61,938 bases of DNA from the NCBI GenBank assembly GCA_021802705.1, contig JAJZRL010000005.1:1-61938 (forward strand), read 5' to 3'. Under the pieces are notes generated by a model that worked only from the letters and a program-made list of their open reading frames with translations, ran no database searches and had not been told where the DNA came from. Source of the DNA: a bacterium. GTDB lineage: Bacteria; Patescibacteriota; Minisyncoccia; Phycocordibacterales; Phycocordibacteraceae. This document shows positions 46,004 to 53,989 of this stretch, one piece after another; positions within the stretch are counted from its first letter, which is position 1; every line of letters begins with the position of its first letter. Made by a program: the position numbers and the translations under genes.

Positions 46004-46771
46004 CTGTTTTCCCCTCGTATCGCTACGAGGCATGGACTATATCATCATCCGCTCCTCAAACAGCGCTCGCTTCATCGGATGCCATGACCCGACAACGCGT
46101 GCGAAGTCTGAATGCGATGCGGTGCTTATGAAACAACGCCAGTAATTTGGATCGACACGACGACTCGGATTATGGAGTGCGCCGGTTTTGATACCAAGTG
46201 ACTGAAGGATTTCTTTAAGCATCTGCATCTTCTCTCTGTCTTTTTGAACAAGCTGTATATAGAAGAGGGCATCCTGACTGTGCGGTATACCTCCTTCTGC
46301 ATCGAAGAAACCTCGGATATAAGCCGCTTTTTCTTCACTTGTTTTGAGAGACAGAGGATTGAATCGGAAATCGAGAAATGCTGCGGTAGTTTCAAGATCG
46401 TATACATCACGTTTACCTTCTTGATACATCCACGACCGGTGGCCGAGATGCATGAGAAGATTTTTAAGAATCGTTAGCCATTCGGTTCCTTTTTGAGAGA
46501 ATCGAACACGATTCTTGCGACGATACGCATCATGAAGCGCGCCTTGCAGATATGCTTTGATTTCAGATTTCGATTTGAACGGCGATCGGCGTGTAGTCTC
46601 TGAGGGGTCAATTACGACTTCCCTGCTGATTTTCTGCACCCGACGCATTGTCACGGGCATAATGTTTCCATTATACCGCGTAGCGCGGGATTCTCAGGTC
46701 TTCCAGCATATAGCCAATTTTATTTTTCGAGGGATTACTCCCAAGCGTCGCAACACCGGCAGTCTGCCGGT
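46004..46771 (-). mobile_element. 16S insertion 3 (768 nt, group I-like) between AAGUCGU and AACAAGG
   Basis: The exon ends in U and the intron ends in G. Intron GCGAC about 20 nt in can pair with exon GUCGU with a terminal U-G. It contains a LAGLIDADG ORF. Confidence 0.7.
46037..46660 (-). CDS. LAGLIDADG homing endonuclease (two-motif type, degenerate first motif)
   Basis: 207 aa. IRGFFDAEGG (LAGLIDADG-like) and an upstream YLQGALHDAY. It lies wholly inside insertion 3. Confidence 0.75.
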   Translation of the reverse strand: MPVTMRRVQKISREVVIDPSETTRRSPFKSKSEIKAYLQGALHDAYRRKNRVRFSQKGTEWLTILKNLLMHLGHRSWMYQEGKRDVYDLETTAAFLDFRFNPLSLKTSEEKAAYIRGFFDAEGGIPHSQDALFYIQLVQKDREKMQMLKEILQSLGIKTGALHNPSRRVDPNYWRCFISTASHSDFARVVGSWHPMKRALFEERMMI

Positions 46772-46858
46772 ACGACTTAGTCCTTGTCACTGAATTTGCC
46801 GTAGTCCTGCGCGAGGCAGACCTTCGGGCACCCCCAGCTCCCTTGACTTGACGGGCGG

Positions 46859-47694
46859 ATTGCAATAGGCCGAGACGCCTTTGCGTTCCCACGTAGCGAA
46901 CGGATTTCCCGTACTACGCGAGTCCGACAGTTTTTTGATTCATGCGCAACTTGAGTTCACGAATTTCTCCAACCCCTTCTGTAGTCAAATGCTTCCGCTC
47001 TTTTACAAGCTTGGCGATCTTACAGAAGATATCGAAGCTCGCGCTCTTCGTTGCGCTGCGCAACGGATGTTTCCTGAAGAACGGGATAACAATATCTTGT
47101 ATATCCCGTTCTGCACTTACGGTATAGCGATAACACTGACAATGGTTTGCGCGTTGTTCTTTTTGGAAGTACACCGCACCACACCCTATCGTGTTCCGTA
47201 CTTTCTCAAGCAAGTCTTTATCACGTTCTTGCATTTTCAGATGAAAATGCAATTGAACGCGATGTCCTGCTCGATAACGGTCAGAAGCTCCCATGTTCAC
47301 ATAGAAACATCCTTCGCCGTCCGTAAGTCCGACAACATATTCGTTGCTAACCGTCGGAAGTGTCCTTTCCATACGTCCAGTATAACTTGACGTATGGTAC
47401 TACGACACAGCTGACTTCTCATAGGTGTTCATATCTCGATCCCTATGAGATCTCCTTGGGTCATTATCCATTCCGTTCCTTGCATCCGCTCAATGCGATT
47501 GTGAAGCGCTTCCCCATTACTCACCAGAATGGGTCGCGCATACGCTCTGTATCTCTACAGGAGGGCTGCTTTTTGCTACTAGATCTCTCCGCCGACAACC
47601 TCGCGGCCTGCCGACTGTTCGTTCGCTACGCGTGCTTTCGCACGGGTCCGATTTTAACGGACTGGATTGAATAACTACCAAGCACATTTCTGAA
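46859..47694 (-). mobile_element. 16S insertion 2 (836 nt) within the decoding-centre sequence GUACUCA/CCGCCCGUC
   Basis: The flanks reconstitute UGUACUCACCGCCCGUCA. The boundaries do not obey the simple U / terminal-G rule. It contains a LAGLIDADG ORF. Confidence 0.6.
46914..47372 (-). CDS. LAGLIDADG homing endonuclease (single-motif type)
   Basis: 152 aa. YVVGLTDGEGCFYV motif. It lies inside insertion 2. Confidence 0.85.
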   Translation of the reverse strand: MERTLPTVSNEYVVGLTDGEGCFYVNMGASDRYRAGHRVQLHFHLKMQERDKDLLEKVRNTIGCGAVYFQKEQRANHCQCYRYTVSAERDIQDIVIPFFRKHPLRSATKSASFDIFCKIAKLVKERKHLTTEGVGEIRELKLRMNQKTVGLA

Positions 47695-48274
47695 TGAGTA
47701 CAAGACTCGAGAACGTATTCACCCCGGTTTGGCTGACCCGGGATTACTAGCGATTCCGGCTTCATGAGGTCGGTTGCAGACCTCAATCCGTACTGGGGTC
47801 GGTTTTATAGGGATTGGCTCCGCCTTGCGGCATTGCAACCCGTTGTACCGACCATTGTATTATGCGTGCAGCCCAAGGTATCAGAGGGACATGCTGATCT
47901 GGCGTCATCCCCACCTTCCTCTCCCGTGAGGGAGCAGTCTCGCCTGGCCATATAGGCAACAGGCAACGGGGGTTGCGTTCGTTACCCCACTGAAGGGAAC
48001 AGTTCAAACCACGAACTGACGACGACCATGCATCACCTGCCCAACACCCTCGAAGGCTCCTCACCTTTCGGCGAGGATGCAGTTGGGTTTCTAACCTTGG
48101 TAAGGTTCTTCGTTTGTCGACGAATTAAGCCGCATAATCCACCGCTTGTGCGAGTCCCCGTCTATTCCTTTGAGTTTTAATCTTGCGATCGTACTACCCA
48201 GGCGGCTCGCTTACCGCGTTAGCTTAGCCTCACAGAGGGTCGATACTCCGTAAAGCGAGCGAGCAACGTTGAGG

Positions 48275-48308
<34 letters not shown>

Positions 48309-48735
48309 ACCCTGGCTTTCGTGTGTGAGCGTCAGGAACGTACCAGTGCACTGCCTTCGCCTTTGGTGTTCCCCATGATATCAACGGATTTCACCCCTCC
48401 ACCATGAGTTCCGTGCACCTCTTACGCCCTCGAGCCATACCGTTTCCTCCGCTAGCCGCAGGTTAAGCCCACGGATTTCACAAAAGACTAATATGGCCGC
48501 CTCGACACCCTTTACGCCCAATGATTCCGGGTAATGCTTGGGGCCTCTGTATTACCGCTCCTGCTGGCACAGAGTTAGGAGCCCCTTATTCATCGGGTAC
48601 CGTCAATAAACTTCGTCCCCGATAAAAGATGTTTACGTACCGAAGCACTTCATCCATCACGCGGCGTCGCTCCGTCAGGCTTTCGCCCATTGCGGAATAT
48701 TCTCGTCTGCAGCCTCCCGTAGGAGTATGGGCCGT

Positions 48736-49436
48736 CGTTTATTCCATAATTTCTTATGGCACAGACTATACTTTCACCCTCGTTCGCGCGAGGGGCTTGC
48801 GTCTTACAGAATCCGAAGATTCTGTCTTCATCCCGGTTTTCTCCGGGATTCCAGTCGTTACGGGGTCAAACACTCGTATTTCGCGCTTTCCTCCCGTAGA
48901 GGAGTTTAGGCTGCGAATTTTCTGCACTAATGACAGAATACGAATATACGCTCCTTCAGACAGCGTGCTTGGTTTGTGTTTCTCATTTACGCTCATCCTT
49001 TTCAATACTTCAAGAGCCAGGTTTGCCTGGTCTTTCTTTATGAGAAGGAATGGCACGAGACGCGCGAGCACCGCTTTCACTTGGCTTCGTTCTTGGACAA
49101 CCAACTCTGCGAGATTTTTGCGCTTATCGGTTCGGATGACCCCGAAACTTCCAAGCGCTTCTCGCACCAATCTCAATTTACCTATATGCCGCGCATGTTG
49201 GGTGAAATTCACCTTGATGCGCACACGATACGGGAACCGTTTGCTGTGATAACGCTCAAGCGTTGCCACAACAGAACCGTCTCCGTCCAAAAATCCAGCC
49301 AAATATTCGTCTGATGGATAGTGTCGACTTCCCACGGTATTGCCTTTGATGGGTACCATTATACACCCATCAGTCAGGTTCCACCGTTATGAGCAAGATT
49401 TATCATTGGGGATTACTCCCCAAGGAGACAACTTTT
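48736..49436 (-). mobile_element. 16S insertion 1 (701 nt, group I-like) between ACUGAGAU and ACGGCCCAUACUCC
   Basis: The exon ends in U and the intron ends in G. Intron GUCUC (nt 8-12) pairs with exon GAGAU with a terminal U-G. An S-element-like AAAGUAUAGUCUGUGC lies near the 3' end. It contains a LAGLIDADG ORF. Confidence 0.75.
48766..49359 (-). CDS. LAGLIDADG homing endonuclease (single-motif type)
   Basis: 197 aa. YLAGFLDGDGSV motif. It lies inside insertion 1. Confidence 0.85.
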   Translation of the reverse strand: MVPIKGNTVGSRHYPSDEYLAGFLDGDGSVVATLERYHSKRFPYRVRIKVNFTQHARHIGKLRLVREALGSFGVIRTDKRKNLAELVVQERSQVKAVLARLVPFLLIKKDQANLALEVLKRMSVNEKHKPSTLSEGAYIRILSLVQKIRSLNSSTGGKREIRVFDPVTTGIPEKTGMKTESSDSVRRKPLARTRVKV

Positions 49437-49846
49437 ATCTCAGTCCCATCGGTGGGGATCAGGCTCTCACCCCCCCTAAGCGTCGTAGCCTTGGTAAGCC
49501 GTTACCTTACCAACTAGCTGATACTGCGCAGGCAACTCCCGAAGCGAAAAACCTTTACCCTTGCGGGACTATCGGGGATTACCCCGTCTTTCGACGAGCT
49601 ATACCCGACTTCGGGGGATCTACCTACGTGTTACTACCTCGTTTGCCGGTTGTCCTTGCGGACCCCCTTGACTTGCATGACTTATCCACGCCGCCAGCAT
49701 TCACCCTGAGCTAGGATCAAACTCTCATTAAGAATAGGCGGAACAAAAGAATTCATACTTCATTATTTCTCATTCACGTACTTGCACGTATTCGATTTTC
49801 AAAGGTCAAAAGAAACCCCGTCCCGTTACAGCGGGACAGTACCGCT

Positions 49847-49875
49847 ATGCTACAGGAACGGCTTAAAAGCGTCAA
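49847..49875 (-). promoter_or_regulatory. Candidate sigma70-type promoter for the 16S gene
   Basis: The minus strand reads TTGACG-17 nt-TAGCAT, about 115 nt upstream of the 16S 5' end. Confidence 0.3.
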
Positions 49876-49904
49876 GAAGGATTCCGTGTTGGTAGAGCAG
49901 AATC

Positions 49905-51155
49905 TTAGAACTCGTTGAATTTCGGCAGCACGTTCACCGTGGTTGTTGCGGAATACTTGAAGGCCCCGCTGTTGAGCGCCTCGCATTGTATGGAATAGAC
50001 GGATTGCGAAAGTATCGTCTGGGTAACGCTCCCGTTCGTTTGAGTGCTGATAACCCCCAGGGGGCCAGTGACTGTGCAGTTTTTCGTAAGCGAGGAACTC
50101 CAGGTGATGGTTGAGGAATCGCCAGCGTTTACACGGTCGGGGTTCGCGCTGATGGAGACGGTAGGCTGGTTCACTACCACGGTCGTCGAATCGGAGCCGG
50201 GGCCGCCCGTGCCGGTGCAGGTGATGGTATAAGAAGAGGTCGTAATAGGAGAGACCGTGGCTGAGCCGGAAGTCGCATTCCCCGTGTTGAATCCCTTGCT
50301 GGTGCAGAAAGTTGCATTTGTCGCCTTCCATGAGAGATCCGAGGACTGCCCGATGTTAATCGTGCTTGGGCTAGCCGTAAGGGTTACGGTGGCAGCAGGC
50401 GGAGGACATACGTTTCCCGTTGTCGAACAGCAATAGAGCGGTTGAGCGGTATCCGGCGAGAGGCTTCCCGTTGCCGAATCGTAATTGAGAGCGGGATAAT
50501 TACATGAACCGGTCGGTCCTGAAGACGTACAACCCTGGCCGTAGCAGCCGACGCCGCACCACGGGTTGCCGACTGTATAGCTTCCGCCGCCCGTAGGAGT
50601 GCCGGAGAAGCTGATGGCACCGACATCCCGCGAACCCCAGGCATAGCCGGCAAAGCAGTTGTTCGCATACGTTACGCCGTACGATGAGCCGTTTTGAGCG
50701 GTTCCGGAGAGATGAATCCAGCCGTCCCAGCCGCCGGAGTGCGGATCAAGAGCGCCGCTACAAGCGCTTTTATTTGAAAATGCGGCGCACGAACGCGCCC
50801 AACCGGTAAGCTGGCCATTGCTCACCTGCGCGGTACAGGAACCGGAGGGGCAGCCGGTAAGGTCGCTTTGATTGAACGTAATCCCGCCGAAGTAAGGAGA
50901 CCATGCGTAGCCGGAGAGAACGCCAGAGGTCGTGTCGATTGATACGCCGTACGGCGAACCGTTTTGAGCGATTCCGGAGAAGTGAATCCACCCCATGAGA
51001 TCAGTCCAGGCATAGCCCTGTATCGGGAGAGAGGAGGCGGGAGTCGCCGCGCGGACCGGCTCTCCCCCGCTAAAGAAGAGCGACCCTGCGGTAAAGAGCA
51101 ACCCCGCTCCGGCGAAGAGCATCGATGCTACGAAAACGCGACGGGAGGTGTTCAT
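49905..51155 (-). CDS. Secreted Cys-rich repeat protein (GYAW...GWIHF repeats plus two Ig-like C-terminal domains)
   Basis: Start at MNTSRRVFVASMLFAGAGLLF (the Arg-rich upstream extension of the track ORF overlaps the preceding gene). Repeats GYAWTDLMGWIHFSG, GYAWSPYFGGITF, GWDGWIHLSG and GYAWGSRDVGAISF. Confidence 0.7.
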   Translation of the reverse strand: MNTSRRVFVASMLFAGAGLLFTAGSLFFSGGEPVRAATPASSLPIQGYAWTDLMGWIHFSGIAQNGSPYGVSIDTTSGVLSGYAWSPYFGGITFNQSDLTGCPSGSCTAQVSNGQLTGWARSCAAFSNKSACSGALDPHSGGWDGWIHLSGTAQNGSSYGVTYANNCFAGYAWGSRDVGAISFSGTPTGGGSYTVGNPWCGVGCYGQGCTSSGPTGSCNYPALNYDSATGSLSPDTAQPLYCCSTTGNVCPPPAATVTLTASPSTINIGQSSDLSWKATNATFCTSKGFNTGNATSGSATVSPITTSSYTITCTGTGGPGSDSTTVVVNQPTVSISANPDRVNAGDSSTITWSSSLTKNCTVTGPLGVISTQTNGSVTQTILSQSVYSIQCEALNSGAFKYSATTTVNVLPKFNEF

Positions 51156-51156
51156 G

Positions 51157-51480
51157 TTATTTCTGATGAGGCGTAAGCGAGTCAAGTACTTCCTGTGACG
51201 GCGGCGTAGACACTTTCGTCTTCGGCGTGAGAGACTTGAGTACCTGAGGCGAAGGCGGCGTCGTGGACGCATTCTTCGGGGTGAGGGATTCGAGGATGCT
51301 TTCGAGCGTCGGCGGCGTCGTGCTCGACGTCGAAGAGAGGCTTTCCTTCCAAAGAGCGAACCGCCATCCGGCAAGCGAAACTATCGCAACGAAAAGCGCG
51401 AGCGCAAGGATTACCCAAAGCGGACGGTTTCCGTCAATACTTTGTCTGAACGGCATGCTCTGGTATGTCTCGTCGCTCAT
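51157..51480 (-). CDS. Single-pass membrane protein with three tandem TPP-x-LxSLTP repeats
   Basis: 107 aa. TM LWVILALALFVAIVSLAGW. Then TPPTLESILESLTPKNAS, TPPSPQVLKSLTPKTKVS and TPPSQEVLDSLTPHQK. The stop is 1 nt from the next ATG. Confidence 0.55.
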   Translation of the reverse strand: MSDETYQSMPFRQSIDGNRPLWVILALALFVAIVSLAGWRFALWKESLSSTSSTTPPTLESILESLTPKNASTTPPSPQVLKSLTPKTKVSTPPSQEVLDSLTPHQK

Positions 51481-51490
51481 ACACCGCTTC

Positions 51491-52246
51491 CTAACTCGAT
51501 GAGAGGTTAGCTAGAACGCAAGCGGCCCACGTGGCATTATTGGAACTGTTTCCATTATAGTGATACCACCTTAACGTGTATCCCGTATCGCACCAGAAAT
51601 TATTACCGGTCCAGTTGTTGTCCCAATGAAGAACCCCGACCGGCGACAATCCGCCAAGCCCGCCTGCTCCCGGCACAATACAATTATTACCATTCACGTC
51701 GCAGTATGCGGCAGCTCCCACCTTGCCAGGAACAGGAGGAGATGAAGTGTTCCAGTCAGCATAGACATCAAGGGCAGTGGCGGGAGTGGTGGTGTTGATG
51801 CCCACATTGCCGGAGGGGCCGATGATGAAACGCGTCACGCCCGAACCCACCGTCTGATCTTGAATAGCGAAGGAGCCTGCAGGGTTGAGCGAGCCGGTAC
51901 CATCAGAAATGAGATTCCATGCGTGGCCGCCGGCGGTCGAGTTGTAGATCTGAAGGAACGTATCGGTTGCAGGAGAATCGATAGTGAGAGGGTGGGAGGG
52001 AGTGGTGGTACCGATGCCCACGTTGCCGTACTGGACGAGGAGGCCGTTTGTGGCTCCTCCGGTGTTGAGGAGGAGGCCGGCTGACTTCGATTGGGAGTTC
52101 GCGCTCACGTCAAGCGGAGCGTCGGCGTTGTTCTGGGGAGGAGGAGAGGAGGGTTCGGTGAAGGACTGGGCGAGAGCGTTCGCTCCAAAGGAGACGGCTG
52201 CGGTGATGACGACCGCGAAAGTTGGGAGGAGATATCGATTTTTCAT
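51491..52246 (-). CDS. Secreted fibre-module protein related to the 1..3535 gene
   Basis: 251 aa. Signal MKNRYLLPTFAVVITAAVSFGANALA. NVGIGTTTPSHPLTI and NVGINTTTPATALDVY modules. Cys-containing C-terminal domain. Confidence 0.7.
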   Translation of the reverse strand: MKNRYLLPTFAVVITAAVSFGANALAQSFTEPSSPPPQNNADAPLDVSANSQSKSAGLLLNTGGATNGLLVQYGNVGIGTTTPSHPLTIDSPATDTFLQIYNSTAGGHAWNLISDGTGSLNPAGSFAIQDQTVGSGVTRFIIGPSGNVGINTTTPATALDVYADWNTSSPPVPGKVGAAAYCDVNGNNCIVPGAGGLGGLSPVGVLHWDNNWTGNNFWCDTGYTLRWYHYNGNSSNNATWAACVLANLSSS

Positions 52247-52351
52247 GGATTTTAGCGATTATGAGACTCTCTTAAAGAGTATTTGGTATCGGGAAATAAA
52301 GGAAGTACGGAGGTGTGGATAGCATTGAGAGATCTATTTCTTGCTTCGCTA

Positions 52352-52380
52352 TTGCAGATAGGGTTCGGAAGACCTATAGT
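52352..52380 (+). promoter_or_regulatory. Candidate promoter of the pyrH-like gene
   Basis: TTGCAG-17 nt-TATAGT, 23 nt upstream of ATG 52404. Confidence 0.4.
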
Positions 52381-52403
52381 GGGATGAGCCGTCACCCTTG
52401 CCT

Positions 52404-53096
52404 ATGAACGCACTTGAGCGGGAGCGTGTTGTTGTTTCTGTCGGAGGATCCTTGATCGTTCCTGACGACATCGATACCGCTTTCCTTGCTCGGTTCAAGG
52501 GGCTCATTCTTGAAAAGGTGCAGCGGGGGTTCACGTTCTCCATCATCGCCGGTGGCGGGAAAACCGCGAGGCGGTACCAAGAAGCGGTGAATGCCGTTAC
52601 CCCGCTCTCGCGCAACGATCTCGACTGGATCGGCATCCACTCGACGCGCCTGAACGCGCAGCTCTTGCGCAACATCTTCGTCGGCTATGCGCATCCGCAG
52701 GTCGTCAAGAATCCGACGATCGATATAGATGCCGACGAGCCAATCATCATCGCCGCCGGATGGCAGCCCGGCTGCTCGACCGACTACGATGCGGTCCTTA
52801 TGGCGAAAAATATCGGCGCGCGCAGGCTCGTAAACCTCTCGAATATCGACTACGTGTACGAGAGCGACCCGCTGAAGAATCCGGACGCGAAAAAAGTGGA
52901 ACGGATAGGCTGGTCCGGTTTCCGCGCCTTCATCCCGAAAGAGTGGCACCCCGGCCTCTCGTCCCCGTTCGATCCCATCGCCGCGAAAGAAGCCGAGTCG
53001 CTCGGACTCGAAGTCGCTATCATAAACGGCGCACGGCTCGAGGAGTTCGGCAAATACCTCGATGGCGAGCCGTTTGTGGGGACGATCATCTCTTAG
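52404..53096 (+). CDS. pyrH: Amino-acid-kinase-fold UMP kinase (archaeal/CPR type)
   Basis: VVVSVGGSLIVP and FSIIAGGGKTARRY motifs. About 230 aa. Confidence 0.7.
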   Translation: MNALERERVVVSVGGSLIVPDDIDTAFLARFKGLILEKVQRGFTFSIIAGGGKTARRYQEAVNAVTPLSRNDLDWIGIHSTRLNAQLLRNIFVGYAHPQVVKNPTIDIDADEPIIIAAGWQPGCSTDYDAVLMAKNIGARRLVNLSNIDYVYESDPLKNPDAKKVERIGWSGFRAFIPKEWHPGLSSPFDPIAAKEAESLGLEVAIINGARLEEFGKYLDGEPFVGTIIS

Positions 53097-53985
53097 CGAA
53101 CCAGCGGGCGATAGGGATGAGGAGCGGCGCGGAACGCGCGATCGAAGAGAACGTGCCGGCGATGACGCCGACGAGCATCACGAGCGCGAAGTCGCGCGTG
53201 GCCGGCGCGCCAAGGTAGATGAGCGCGCAAAGCGCGAGCGCGACCGTAAGCGCAGTGTTGATCGAGCGGGTCATCGTCTCGTCGATTGACTTCCCTATCG
53301 TCACATCGAACTCTTCCCGTATGCCCGCCTTCTCATTCTTCGCGAGGTGCTCGCGGATGCGATCGAAGATGACGATGACATCGTTCACGCAGTAGCCGAG
53401 CAGAGCGAGGAGCGCGACGACAAAGAGCGAGTCCACCTCGACGCCGGTAAAGTGAGCGAGCGCGGCATAGAAGCCGGCAGGAACGATGAGGTCTATCGCG
53501 AGCATGGCGACAACCGTGAGCCCGTACCCCCAGCCCGGGACCGGCCGCGATACCTTACGGAAAGCGAAAGCGATGAAGAGAACGATCGCCAGAACGACTC
53601 CGAAGAGCGCCCAGAGCGCTTTGTGCGCGAATTGGCTGCCGAGCGCCGGGCCGACCGACGTGAAGGCGAGCTCGGTGGTGGAGGCGCTTGAGGAAAGCGC
53701 GGCGAGTATCGCGTCATGCTCGGCCAGAGTCAGCGTGCGGGTCCGGATCGAGACGGCATTCGCACCTGATTCGCGCACCGAAATAGCGCCGAGAGGGACC
53801 CGCGCGACTTGCTCCCGGATCTCCGCGAGCGGCGGTCGTCCGTTTTGATACTGCACCTCTGTGAGCGATCCGCCGGTAAAGTCGATGCCGAGCGGCAAGC
53901 CCCATACGAGGATGGCGCCGAGCGCGGAAGCGAGCATGAGGCCGGTGAGCCAGAAGAAAAACTTGCGATGAGTGACGATGAACAT
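53086..53985 (-). CDS. secF: Protein translocase subunit SecF
   Basis: Start at MFIVTHRKFFFWLTG. GIDFTGGSL and VNDVIVIFDRIRE motifs. The track ORF carries a spurious N-terminal extension. Confidence 0.9.
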   Translation of the reverse strand: MFIVTHRKFFFWLTGLMLASALGAILVWGLPLGIDFTGGSLTEVQYQNGRPPLAEIREQVARVPLGAISVRESGANAVSIRTRTLTLAEHDAILAALSSSASTTELAFTSVGPALGSQFAHKALWALFGVVLAIVLFIAFAFRKVSRPVPGWGYGLTVVAMLAIDLIVPAGFYAALAHFTGVEVDSLFVVALLALLGYCVNDVIVIFDRIREHLAKNEKAGIREEFDVTIGKSIDETMTRSINTALTVALALCALIYLGAPATRDFALVMLVGVIAGTFSSIARSAPLLIPIARWFAKR

Positions 53986-53989
53986 GGCG

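Noticed and set aside
51156-51374. The Arg-rich 73-aa N-terminal extension of the 49905..51374 ORF
   Set aside because: It overlaps the better-supported 51157..51480 gene in another frame. A signal-peptide-like start (MNTSRRVFVASMLF) at 51155 sits 1 nt after that gene's stop.
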